From: an uncultured Caulobacterales bacterium
GTDB lineage: Bacteria; Pseudomonadota; Alphaproteobacteria; Caulobacterales; Caulobacteraceae
Direction: 5' to 3'
DNA length: 52,568 bases
NCBI GenBank assembly: GCA_903851655.1
Contig: CAINOV010000318.1
Coordinates: 1-52,568 of the forward strand
Under the pieces are notes generated by a model. The model saw nothing but the letters and a program-made list of their open reading frames with translations, was not told where the DNA came from and did no database searches. Below are positions 44,488 through 52,568 of this stretch, one piece after another. How positions within the stretch are numbered: the stretch's first letter is position 1; each line of letters opens with the position of its first letter. A program made the position numbers and the translations under genes.

Positions 44488-45069
44488 ATGACCACCGTCG
44501 CCATCGTTTATCATTCCGGCTACGGCCACACCGCCGTGGTCGCCGAGCATGTGGCCAAGGGCGTGACCGGCGCCGGGGCCGAGGCCCGCCTTCTGCGCAT
44601 CACCGGCGCGGACCAGGACATGGATCCGGTCCTGGCCGCGATCACCGAGGCGGACGCCGTGATCTTCGGCGCGCCCACCTATATGGGCGGCCCGTCGGCG
44701 CCGTTCAAAGCCTTTGCCGACGCCACCTCGAAGGTCTGGTTCACCCATGGCTGGAAGGACAAGATCGCCGCAGGCTTCACCAATTCCCTCAGCCTGTCCG
44801 GGGACAAGCTGTCGACCCTGGAGTATTTCTCGGTGCTCGCCGCGCAGCACGGCATGGTCTGGGTCTCCACTGGCCTGATGCCCGGCGCGGCCACCGGCGA
44901 CGCCGGCATCGACGGGGTCAACCGTCTCGGCTCGTCCCTGGGGCTGATGACCCAGTCCGAAAACGCCGCGCCCGACGTCACCCCCGGCGCCGGGGACAAG
45001 AAGACCGCCGAGCTGTTCGGCGCCCGGGTCGCGGACGCCGCCCTGCGCTGGGGCCGCGGCAAGGCCTGA
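44488..45069 (+). CDS. WrbA-like flavodoxin-fold NAD(P)H:quinone oxidoreductase
   Basis: MTTVAIVYHSGYGHTAVVAEHV..., ADAVIFGAPTYMGGPSAPFKAF, KIAAGFTNS. GGAGAG lies upstream of ATG 44488. Confidence 0.75.
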   Translation: MTTVAIVYHSGYGHTAVVAEHVAKGVTGAGAEARLLRITGADQDMDPVLAAITEADAVIFGAPTYMGGPSAPFKAFADATSKVWFTHGWKDKIAAGFTNSLSLSGDKLSTLEYFSVLAAQHGMVWVSTGLMPGAATGDAGIDGVNRLGSSLGLMTQSENAAPDVTPGAGDKKTAELFGARVADAALRWGRGKA

Positions 45070-45071
45070 GT

Positions 45072-45127
45072 CTGACGGCCCCGGCCTGACGCCCCCCCGC
45101 TTGACGCCCCCGGCTTGACAGGGCGGC
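45072..45127. repeat. Four phased 14-nt units each starting C(T)TGAC
   Basis: CTGACGGCCCCGGC / CTGACGCCCCCCCG / CTTGACGCCCCCGG / CTTGACAGGGCGGC at 45072, 45086, 45100 and 45114. They begin 3 nt after the flavodoxin stop and lie about 60 nt upstream of the SDR start. Confidence 0.75.
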
Positions 45128-45186
45128 GCGACCGGCCAATCTCCGCGGCGACGCTGCAGACCCTGCGGCGTCGCCAAGGAGCCTGC

Positions 45187-45984
45187 ATGACCCGTCGTCT
45201 CTGTCTCGTCACCGGCGCCTCGGCCGGGATCGGAAAGGCCTTCGCCCACGTCTACGCCAGCCACGGCTACGACGTGTTCCTCACCGCCCGCCGCACCGAC
45301 CGGCTGGAGCTTCTGGCCTCGGAAATCCGCCTGCGCCACGGGGTCGAGGCGTTTGTGGCGGCGGCGGACCTGGCGGAGGTCGGGGCGGTGGACAAGCTGC
45401 TCGCCGCCGTCGCCGCGGAGGGCCGCGACGTGGACGCGCTGATCAACAACGCCGGCTATGGGCTGGCCGGGTCCTATGTGCAGACCAGCTGGGCCGACCA
45501 GCAGGCCTTCCTTCAGGTGATGACCGTCGCCCCGGCGGAGCTGGCGCACAAGGTCCTGCCCGGCATGGTGGAGCGGCGGTTCGGCCGGATCGTGAACGTG
45601 GCCTCCCTCGCGGGCCTGGTGCCGGGATCCGCCGGCCATACCCTCTACGGCGCGGTCAAGGCGTTGCTGGTCCGCTTTTCCCAGAGCCTGCATCTGGAGA
45701 CGCAAGGGACGGGCGTGCACGTCACCGCCCTCTGCCCCGGTTTCACCTATTCGGAGTTCCACGACGTCAACGGCACGCGGGAGACCATGACCGGCCTGCC
45801 CGGCTGGCTCTGGCTGGGCGCTGACGAGGTGGCCGAGATCGGCTACGAGGCGGCGGAGGCCAACCGCGCCGTCTCGGTCAGCGGCTCCCCCAACAAGGCC
45901 ATCGCCGCCCTGGCCAAGGTCCTGCCCGACGACTGGGCCCTGGCCCTGATGGCCCGCCAGTCCCGCCGCTTCCGCCGGGTCTAG
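45187..45984 (+). CDS. Short-chain dehydrogenase/reductase (classical SDR)
   Basis: From ATG 45187 after AAGGAG. TGASAGIGKA, NNAG and YGAVKA (YxxxK). Confidence 0.85.
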   Translation: MTRRLCLVTGASAGIGKAFAHVYASHGYDVFLTARRTDRLELLASEIRLRHGVEAFVAAADLAEVGAVDKLLAAVAAEGRDVDALINNAGYGLAGSYVQTSWADQQAFLQVMTVAPAELAHKVLPGMVERRFGRIVNVASLAGLVPGSAGHTLYGAVKALLVRFSQSLHLETQGTGVHVTALCPGFTYSEFHDVNGTRETMTGLPGWLWLGADEVAEIGYEAAEANRAVSVSGSPNKAIAALAKVLPDDWALALMARQSRRFRRV

Positions 45985-45990
45985 GCCCTC

Positions 45991-46467
45991 CTAGGGCAGG
46001 GCGGCGCCGCGGCTGTAGGCCCAGGACTGGATCTTCCAGCCGTCCGCCGTCTTCACCAGGGCGAAGGTGAAGGATCCGGCGTTCTTGATCTGGCCGTCCC
46101 GGGTCTTGAAGGTGATGACGCTGGGCGCCACCACATAGGCATGGTCGCCGGTGACCTCGGCGACGGAGGGGTCATTGATCTGCACCACGCCGCCGAGCAC
46201 GCCCTTGGCGGCCGCGAACTTCGCGAAGTCGCCGCCCCAGCCCATGATCGCCGTCGGACCCGACCAGGCATAGGGAGCGAACTCGTCGAGGATGACGGGG
46301 CTGGCCACGTGGGCGCCGGCGATCTTGGCGGCGGCGTTGGTGTTGAAGCCCTCGTTGAGCTGCTTGATCGGCGCCAGCACCGCCGGATCGACGGCGGTCT
46401 GGGCGATCGCCATCAGGGGCGCCGCCAGAAGGCTCCCCGCGAGCAGGAGTGGGGCGATGAACTTCAT
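45991..46467 (-). CDS. Secreted NTF2/SnoaL-like fold protein (tentative)
   Basis: Signal peptide [22 protein letters not shown]. The size and the C-terminal [17 protein letters not shown] pattern resemble DUF4440/SnoaL-like proteins. This assignment is weak. Confidence 0.4.
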   Translation of the reverse strand: MKFIAPLLLAGSLLAAPLMAIAQTAVDPAVLAPIKQLNEGFNTNAAAKIAGAHVASPVILDEFAPYAWSGPTAIMGWGGDFAKFAAAKGVLGGVVQINDPSVAEVTGDHAYVVAPSVITFKTRDGQIKNAGSFTFALVKTADGWKIQSWAYSRGAALP

Positions 46468-46575
46468 GAGCGGCCTCCCAGCCTTGTCGTTTTTCGTGTC
46501 TGGGCGGGATCACAGCACGGCCGGCGGCGCACAGCAAGATTGACCCGGGGTCCGTCCCGCTCTAACCCGCAGACC

Positions 46576-48258
46576 ATGTTGCAAGGTCTTTCCACCCTCG
46601 CCCGGGACGCCCGCTCCTGGCCCTTCGAACAGGCGCGCGCCCTGCTGGCGCGGATCGTCTCCGTGCGGCTGTCCGATCCTGCAGAGCGGGAGACGGCGAC
46701 GGCCCTTCTCGCTGCGGGCGCCGTGAGCGACGCCGTGGCGCGGTTTCCGGCCCTGACCGCCCATCCGGTCACCTTCGAGACCGGCTACGGTCCGTCGGGC
46801 CTGCCGCATATCGGCACCTTCGGCGAGGTGGTCCGCACCACCATGGTGCGCAACGCCTTCCGCGCCCTGACCGAGGATGCGATCCCGACGGTGATGCTGT
46901 GCGTCAGCGACGACATGGACGGTATGCGCAAGGTGCCGGACAATGTGCCGAACCCGGAGGCCCTGGCGCCCTATCTGCAGAAGCCCCTGACCGACGTGCC
47001 CGACCCCTTCGGCACGCACGACGGCTTCGCCCAGCACAACAACTCCCGCCTGCGGGGCTTCCTCGACAGCTTCGGCTTCGACTACAGCTTCCGCTCGGCC
47101 ACCGAGCTCTACCGGTCCGGCGTCTATGACGCGACGCTCCGCCGGGCGCTGGAGCGCTACGACCAGATCATGGCGGTGATGCTGCCGACTCTGGGGCCGG
47201 AGCGGCGGGCCACCTACAGCCCCTTCCTGCCCATCTCTCCCTCCACCGGCCGGGTGCTCTATGTGCCGATGAAGGCCACGGACCCGGCGGCGGGCACGAT
47301 CACCTTCGACGACGAGGACGGGACCGAGGTCACGGTTCCGGTGACCGGCGGTCGGGTGAAGCTGCAGTGGAAGCCGGACTTCGGCATGCGCTGGGCGGCG
47401 CTGGGCGTGGATTTCGAGATGTTCGGCAAGGATCACCAGACCAATGGGCCGGTCTATTCGAGGATCTGCCGCATCCTGGGGGCGGAGCCGCCCCTGCAGT
47501 TCGTCTATGAGCTGTTCCTGGACGACAAGGGGGAGAAGATCTCCAAGTCCAAGGGCAACGGCATCAGCGTCGAGCAGTGGCTGAAGTACGCCCCGCAGGA
47601 GAGCCTGTCCCTCTACAATTTCCAGAAGCCCCGGGTGGCCAAGAAGCTCTATTTCGACGTCATCCCCCGGGCGGTGGACGAGTACCTGACCTTTCTCGAC
47701 AATTACGCCAAGGAAGACCCGGCCGCCCGGCTCGACAACCCGGTCTGGCACATCCATGACGGCGCGCCGCCGGCGGGCGGGTCGCCGGTTAGCTTCGGCC
47801 TGATGCTGAACCTGGTCAGCGCGGCCAACGCCTCGGACACAGACATCCTGTGGGGCTTCCTGTCCCGCTATGTTCCCGGGGCGACGCCTGCGACCCAGCC
47901 CCTGCTGGACAAGCTGGCGGGCTATGCGCTGGCCTATTACGAGGACTTCGTCCGGCCGACCAAGACCTACCGCGCGCCCACCGACATGGAGCGGTCGGCC
48001 ATGGTCGATCTGGTGGCCCGCTTCCGCGCCCTGCCCGCCGATACGATGGACGGCGAAGTGATCCAGAACGAGGTCTACGCCGCAGGCAAGGACGCCGGCT
48101 TCGAGCCCCTGCGCGCCTGGTTCCAGGCCCTGTACGAGGTGCTGCTGGGCCAGACCCAGGGGCCGCGGTTCGGCTCCTTCGCCGCCATCTACGGCCTCGA
48201 CCGCACCATCGCCCTGATCGAGCGCGCTCTGGCCGGGGACGATCTCAGCGCCGGTTGA
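46576..48258 (+). CDS. lysK: Class I lysyl-tRNA synthetase
   Basis: From ATG 46576 within track ORF 46141..48258. [18 protein letters not shown] (HIGH-type), KISKSKGNG (KMSKS-type) and the SWPFEQA N-terminus are typical of class I LysRS. Confidence 0.9.
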   Translation: MLQGLSTLARDARSWPFEQARALLARIVSVRLSDPAERETATALLAAGAVSDAVARFPALTAHPVTFETGYGPSGLPHIGTFGEVVRTTMVRNAFRALTEDAIPTVMLCVSDDMDGMRKVPDNVPNPEALAPYLQKPLTDVPDPFGTHDGFAQHNNSRLRGFLDSFGFDYSFRSATELYRSGVYDATLRRALERYDQIMAVMLPTLGPERRATYSPFLPISPSTGRVLYVPMKATDPAAGTITFDDEDGTEVTVPVTGGRVKLQWKPDFGMRWAALGVDFEMFGKDHQTNGPVYSRICRILGAEPPLQFVYELFLDDKGEKISKSKGNGISVEQWLKYAPQESLSLYNFQKPRVAKKLYFDVIPRAVDEYLTFLDNYAKEDPAARLDNPVWHIHDGAPPAGGSPVSFGLMLNLVSAANASDTDILWGFLSRYVPGATPATQPLLDKLAGYALAYYEDFVRPTKTYRAPTDMERSAMVDLVARFRALPADTMDGEVIQNEVYAAGKDAGFEPLRAWFQALYEVLLGQTQGPRFGSFAAIYGLDRTIALIERALAGDDLSAG

Positions 48259-48261
48259 GGC

Positions 48262-48696
48262 CTAGCTGCGGCGCCACAGGGCCCAGCAATTGGGCGTTTC
48301 CCAGAGCTTGATCGCCTCCAGCGCGATGCCGTGCGGGGCCAGCAGGTCCGGGATGATCCGCGCCAGTTCCGCCACCAGCCCCTCGGCCGTCGGCGCACCG
48401 TCCAGCCAGTAGACCGGGCGGCCCATGGCGGCGTTCAGCTCGGCGATGGCGGCCACCTGCGGGTCGGCGCGGCTGAACACGGCCGTGTGGTCGAAGTTCG
48501 CGTCGATCCAGGCGCCCACCACGGTCTTCAGCACGCCGAAGTCGACGATGCGGCCCAGCGCGTCCATCTGCGGGCCGCTGACCTCCACCTCGGCCACGTA
48601 GCGGTGGCCGTGAATCGCCTTGCAGGCCCCCTCGTGTCCCGGGATGCGGTGGGCGGCGTCCCACTCGAAACGGCGGGAAATGGTGATGACAGGCAT
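48262..48696 (-). CDS. queD: 6-carboxytetrahydropterin synthase / 6-pyruvoyl-tetrahydropterin synthase family (QueD-like)
   Basis: FEWDAAHRIPGHEGACKAIHGHRY carries the Cys-x3-His-Gly-His zinc/active-site motif. Also LWETPNCWA. Confidence 0.85.
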   Translation of the reverse strand: MPVITISRRFEWDAAHRIPGHEGACKAIHGHRYVAEVEVSGPQMDALGRIVDFGVLKTVVGAWIDANFDHTAVFSRADPQVAAIAELNAAMGRPVYWLDGAPTAEGLVAELARIIPDLLAPHGIALEAIKLWETPNCWALWRRS

Positions 48697-48803
48697 GGGT
48701 CGGCCCAGGAAAATCGACGGAGGGGTGAGGCTGGCGGCTGGCGCTAGACCATATTCATGCGCATTTGTCGACCTCTGAGGGTGTGGAGCGGATGGGGATA
48801 CGG

Positions 48804-49565
48804 ATGGCCAAGCGCCGCGCAGTGCTGGTGACAGGGGGCGCCCTGCGGGTCGGCGCCGCCCTGGTCCGCCGGTTCGCCGCCGAGGGCCGGGCCGTGGTGA
48901 TCCACTACCGCCAGGCCGACACCGCCGCCGTCGCCCTGCAGCGGGAGATCCGCGCCGCGGGGGGCGAGGCGCATGTGATCGGCGCCGACCTGGCCGACCC
49001 GGCCGCTGTGGCCGGCCTGATCCCCGCGGCCCTGAAGCTGGCCCCGGATCTCGGCGTGCTGGTCAATTCCGCCTCGGTGTTCGAGCCGGACACCGCCCTT
49101 GATCCGCAGACGGAGGGCTGGCTGACCTCGACCGCGGTGAATGCGCTGGCCCCTGCCCGGCTGGCCGCCGCCCTCCACGCCGCAACGGAGGGGGGCGTGG
49201 TGATCCACATCCTCGACCAGAAGCTGGCCAATCCGAACCCGGATTATTTCAGCTATACCGCCTCAAAGGCGGCGCTGGCGGAGGCGGCGCGGATGCAGGC
49301 CATGGCATTTGGCGACCGAACCCGGGTGATCTGCCTGGCGCCGGGCCTGATGCTGCCGAGCGGCGACCAGACCGATGAGGAATATGCCCGCTCCTCTACC
49401 CTGAACCTGCTCCGCCGACGGACGAGCCCGGAGGACCTGGCGGAGGCCGCGGTGCTCGCCGCCTCCGGCGCGCTCGCCACCGGCGAGACCCTGTATGTGG
49501 ACGGCGGCCAGCACCTGACCCCCCAGAGCCGGGATGTGATGTTCCTGGTCCGCGGCGAAACCTGA
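48804..49565 (+). CDS. SDR family oxidoreductase, pteridine-reductase/FolM-like
   Basis: VLVTGGALRVGAAL (TGxxxRxG type), NSAS and YTASKAAL. It lies immediately upstream of a FolB-like gene. The start is ATG 48804 or 48792. Confidence 0.75.
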   Translation: MAKRRAVLVTGGALRVGAALVRRFAAEGRAVVIHYRQADTAAVALQREIRAAGGEAHVIGADLADPAAVAGLIPAALKLAPDLGVLVNSASVFEPDTALDPQTEGWLTSTAVNALAPARLAAALHAATEGGVVIHILDQKLANPNPDYFSYTASKAALAEAARMQAMAFGDRTRVICLAPGLMLPSGDQTDEEYARSSTLNLLRRRTSPEDLAEAAVLAASGALATGETLYVDGGQHLTPQSRDVMFLVRGET

Positions 49566-49576
49566 GGAAAGACAGA

Positions 49577-49969
49577 ATGTACGCCCTCTTCCTGCGCGAC
49601 CACGCGGTCTCCGCTCGCATCGGCATCCACGCCTTCGAGCGGGAGGCGCCGCAGCGGCTGATCCTGAACGTCAGCCTGGCCATCCGGGGCGAGGCGGCGG
49701 CGGACGACATCTCCCAGACCACCGACTACGACTTCCTGCGCGCCGCGGCGGCGGAAATCCTAGCCTCCGGGCATCTGGACCTGCAGGAGACGGTCTGCAA
49801 GCGGATGATCGACGCCTGCCGCGCCCGGCCGGACGTGGCCGCGGCCCTGGTGTCCACGGAAAAGCCCGACGTCTATCCCGACGCCGCCGCCGTGGGCTGC
49901 CGCATGCTGTGGCGGGCCGAGGACGCCGATCCGGCGGAGCTGGCCCTGCTGTTCAGCCGCCCTGGCTGA
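49577..49969 (+). CDS. folB: Dihydroneopterin aldolase (FolB)-like protein
   Basis: 130 aa. IGIHAFEREAPQRLILNVSLAI...TTDYDFL...LQETVCKRMIDAC follows the FolB tunnel-fold pattern. Confidence 0.7.
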   Translation: MYALFLRDHAVSARIGIHAFEREAPQRLILNVSLAIRGEAAADDISQTTDYDFLRAAAAEILASGHLDLQETVCKRMIDACRARPDVAAALVSTEKPDVYPDAAAVGCRMLWRAEDADPAELALLFSRPG

Positions 49970-49984
49970 GAGGGGGCCGGATCG

Positions 49985-50971
49985 TCACTTCGGTGCGAAC
50001 TGGAGGGTGTACGCAGTCTTGATGTCGGTTCCCGGCTTCAGCACCCCGGCCTTGGCCATTACTTCCGACAGGGCCTGCCAGCGGGCGTCGGTCATGGCGC
50101 CGATGGGCGGCGAGGCCTTGCCGTCGACGATCTCGTAGGCGCGCATCTTCTCCCGGGCCTGATCCAGGACATCCTGGGTCATTTCCGGATTGTCCTTCAG
50201 GATCAGGGCGTCCGCCGGGCGCGCATCCCCGTGCAGATAGGCCTTCCAGCCCGCCGCCGTGGCCTCGACAAAGGCCTGCACGGCCTTGGGGTTCTTCGCG
50301 ATCAGCGCGTCGGGAACCAGCACCAGGTCCGCATAGCCGGGATAGCCCTCGTCGGAGAGGACGAACACCTTGGGTTTGAAGCGGCCCTCCTTCTCGATCG
50401 TATAGGGTTCGCTGGTCACGTATCCCTGCTGGATCGCCGCCCTGTTCTGGATGAAGGGTCCGGAATTGAAGGTGTACTTGCGCACCTGGTCGTCGGTCAG
50501 GCCGAACTTCGCCTTCAGCCACACCCAGACCCCGGTGAGGGAGGCGTCGGACAGCAGCATCGGATGGCCCTTCATGTCGGCAAGGCTGTTCACGCCCGCA
50601 TCGGGGTGAGCCATCAGCACCCAGGGGTCCTTCTGCATGGCGGCCATCACGGCCTTCACCGGCACGTGCTCCTCCGCAAGGCTCAACGCCACGAAGCTGT
50701 TGGAGCCGATCCCCATGTCCGCAGCGCCGGACGCCAGCAGCTGCGGCACGTTGGAGCTGGGCCCGCCCTGCAGGATCTTCACGTCCAGGCCGCGCTTGGC
50801 GTATTCGCCGGTGGCCACCGCCTCGTAGAAGCCCCCGTGCTCGGCCTCCGCCTTCCAGTCCGTGGCGAAGCGGATGGTGGTCAGGTCCGGATCAGCCTTC
50901 GCGGCGGGCTTCTGACCGCAGGCGGCGAGGGTGGCGAGCAGGACGAAGGGCAGCAGGCGTCGCAAGGCCAT
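49985..50971 (-). CDS. ABC transporter substrate-binding lipoprotein (NMT1/THI5-like, NitT/TauT type)
   Basis: From ATG 50971 with lipobox LLATLAAC. IRFATDWKAEAEHGGFYEAVATGEYAKRGLDV is typical of the family. No cognate permease or ATPase is adjacent. Confidence 0.75.
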   Translation of the reverse strand: MALRRLLPFVLLATLAACGQKPAAKADPDLTTIRFATDWKAEAEHGGFYEAVATGEYAKRGLDVKILQGGPSSNVPQLLASGAADMGIGSNSFVALSLAEEHVPVKAVMAAMQKDPWVLMAHPDAGVNSLADMKGHPMLLSDASLTGVWVWLKAKFGLTDDQVRKYTFNSGPFIQNRAAIQQGYVTSEPYTIEKEGRFKPKVFVLSDEGYPGYADLVLVPDALIAKNPKAVQAFVEATAAGWKAYLHGDARPADALILKDNPEMTQDVLDQAREKMRAYEIVDGKASPPIGAMTDARWQALSEVMAKAGVLKPGTDIKTAYTLQFAPK

Positions 50972-51128
50972 GGGGCGGGCTCCGGTGGAATCCCCCAAGG
51001 CTTGGCCACAGTCCGCGCGGCTGGCAAGCGGGAAAAGCGCCCGGACCCGCGGCCACTGCCCGTTCCCGCTTTGGTTCGGACCGGGAATGCCCTATCTGAC
51101 GGCCTTCCGCCCGTTGAAAGACCCCTGT

Positions 51129-52568
51129 GTGAGCAAGCCCCCCGCCAAGACCTCCGCATCGACGCCGACCCGCTCCTCGGGCCGGCCGCCGCTGATTGCG
51201 CTCCGCGACGTGCAGCTGTCCGACGGGCCGGTGCAGATGTTCGAGGGCGTGGACATTGCGCTGGAGCCCCGGCAGCGGGCGGCGCTGGTGGGCCGCAACG
51301 GCGCGGGCAAGTCGACCCTGATGCGCATCCTGACCGGCGCCTTCGCCCCGGACTCCGGCGAGCGGTTCCTGCAGCCCGGACTGCGCATGGTCTATGTGCC
51401 GCAGGAGCCGGAGATCACCGGCGCCACCCTCCTCGATCACGTCACCGCCGGCGGCGCCGAGGACTGGGAGGGACAGAGCGCCCTCTCCACCTTTGGCCTC
51501 GACGGGGCCAAGGGCACGAAGGGCCTGTCCGGGGGCGAGATCCGCCGCACGGCCCTGGCCCGCGCCTTCGCCGAAAAGCCGGACCTCTTGCTGCTGGACG
51601 AGCCCACCAACCACCTGGACGTCTTCGCCATCGAGACCCTCGAAAAGGAGATCGCCGACAGTGGCGCAGCCCTGCTGGTGGTCAGCCACGACCGGGCCTT
51701 CCTCAACCGGGTCACGGACCGCTGCTTCTGGCTCGCCCACCGAAAGGTCCGGGTGTTCGACCAGGGCTTTGCCGCCTTCGAACCCTGGGCCGAGAAGGTC
51801 GAGGCGGAGGAGGAGGAAGCCTTCCGCCGCCTGACCAAGGCCATCGAGCGGGAGACCTACACCTTCTATCGCTCCATCACCGCCCGCCGGACCCGCAACG
51901 AGGGCCGCGCCCGCCAGCTGGACGCCATGCGCGCCCAGAAGGAAACGCTGATGCGCGACCAGACCCGGGGCATGGAGCTGGTGCTGGACAGCGGCAACGT
52001 GTCCGGCAAGCGGGTGGTGGAGGTGAAGGGCCTGTCCAAGGCCTTTGGCGACCGCACCATCGTCAAGGACCTGTCCCTGCGCATCCTCCGCGGCGACCGG
52101 CTGGCCGTGGTCGGACCCAACGGGGCGGGGAAAACCACCCTGGTCAAGCTTTTGCTGGGGGAACTGGGTGCCGATGCGGGCGAGGTCACCCTGGGCACCG
52201 GCCTGCAGACCGCCTATCTCGACCAGGCCCGGGAGGATCTGAAGCCCACGGACACCGTGTGGGACGCGCTGACCCCCACCGGCGGCGACCAGGTCATGGT
52301 CCGGGGCCAGCCCATGCATGTGGCCGCCTTCGCCAAGTCCTTCATGTTCAAGGAAAGCCAGATCCGCCAGCCCGTGGCCAGCCTGTCGGGCGGGGAGCGC
52401 AACCGCCTGCTGCTGGCCCGAGCCCTGACCAAGCCCGCCAACCTGCTGGTGCTGGACGAACCCACCAACGACCTGGACATCGAGACCCTGGACCTCCTGG
52501 AAACCATGCTCGAGGACTATGACGGCACCCTGATCCTGGTCAGCCACGACCGGGATTTCATCGACCGC
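51129..52568 (+). CDS. ABC-F family ATPase (Uup-like), 3' end outside window
   Basis: This frame is not listed in the ORF track because it runs off the window. First cassette: GRNGAGKSTLMRIL, LSGGEIRR, LLLLDEPTNHLD. Linker, then second cassette: GPNGAGKTTLVKLL, LSGGERNR, LLVLDEPTNDLD. The start is GTG 51129 or in-frame ATG 51087. Confidence 0.85.
   Translation, partial: MSKPPAKTSASTPTRSSGRPPLIALRDVQLSDGPVQMFEGVDIALEPRQRAALVGRNGAGKSTLMRILTGAFAPDSGERFLQPGLRMVYVPQEPEITGATLLDHVTAGGAEDWEGQSALSTFGLDGAKGTKGLSGGEIRRTALARAFAEKPDLLLLDEPTNHLDVFAIETLEKEIADSGAALLVVSHDRAFLNRVTDRCFWLAHRKVRVFDQGFAAFEPWAEKVEAEEEEAFRRLTKAIERETYTFYRSITARRTRNEGRARQLDAMRAQKETLMRDQTRGMELVLDSGNVSGKRVVEVKGLSKAFGDRTIVKDLSLRILRGDRLAVVGPNGAGKTTLVKLLLGELGADAGEVTLGTGLQTAYLDQAREDLKPTDTVWDALTPTGGDQVMVRGQPMHVAAFAKSFMFKESQIRQPVASLSGGERNRLLLARALTKPANLLVLDEPTNDLDIETLDLLETMLEDYDGTLILVSHDRDFIDR

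Noticed and set aside
50972-51086. TPP riboswitch upstream of the NMT1/THI5-like binding-protein gene.
   Set aside because: The conserved CUGAGA and ACCUGAUCUGGAUAAUGCCAGCG-type elements are absent.
50231-52547. 763-aa plus-strand ORF (50231..52522) and 551-aa minus-strand ORF (50892..52547) as the coding frames for the right end of the window.
   Set aside because: The third plus frame, unlisted because it has no stop inside the window, encodes textbook Walker A, signature and Walker B motifs of an ABC-F protein. The minus-strand frame at 49985..50971 encodes the binding lipoprotein. The two long listed ORFs are composition artefacts.
1-52568. Prophage, integrative element, defence island, toxin-antitoxin pair, tRNA or rRNA genes.
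   Set aside because: I found no integrase, transposase, recombinase, nuclease/helicase defence signatures or tRNA-like T-arm sequences. Apart from small intergenic AT patches, the composition looks uniform and native.

Overview
This is a high-GC chromosomal segment with an alphaproteobacterial, Caulobacter-like gene order. I saw no rRNA, tRNA, CRISPR array, transposase, integrase or phage genes.

**1-16.3 kb: flagellar block.** The minus strand carries flhA, flbD, fliN, fliH/flbE, fliG and fliF, then a DUF1153 gene (SciP-like), then the hook operon (fliK-like, flgD, flgE). flgK-flgL is transcribed divergently. The spacer between the two operons holds two good sigma-54 promoter matches, GC-rich dyads and an AT tract.

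**16.4-33 kb: mostly housekeeping.**
- rpmJ is missing from the ORF track because it is too short.
- Envelope and energy genes: a lytic transglycosylase, an MFS transporter, a lone aa3-oxidase subunit-IV-like gene and pntAA-pntAB-pntB.
- An alpha/beta-hydrolase-fold gene and an ABC-2 exporter pair.
- rpsU with its divergent COQ9-like partner, then purE-purK.
- A GGDEF gene, a divergent pair of DUF465 genes, a DUF1013 (TrcR-like) gene and an M28 peptidase.

**33-52.6 kb.**
- DUF983, then a four-gene cluster of unknown role: a 120-aa orphan, a Kdo-hydroxylase-family dioxygenase, DUF350 and a membrane-anchored 281-aa protein.
- The conserved chvI-chvG-hprK-EIIA(Man)-HPr module.
- A 571-aa orphan gene behind a perfect TTAA-N7-TTAA box, then kup.
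- An Rrf2-flavodoxin-SDR module, class I lysyl-tRNA synthetase and a PTPS/SDR/FolB-like pterin trio.
- A lone substrate-binding lipoprotein and a 3'-truncated ABC-F ATPase.

**Best leads for undescribed biology.**
- The 33.6-36.3 kb cluster.
- The 571-aa orphan next to chvI.
- An rpsU that seems to need an ATC start codon.
- An alpha/beta hydrolase lacking its serine nucleophile.
- Three short tandem-repeat arrays.

I found no recognisable defence, toxin or mobile system. All family assignments come from motif recognition by eye, with no database search.
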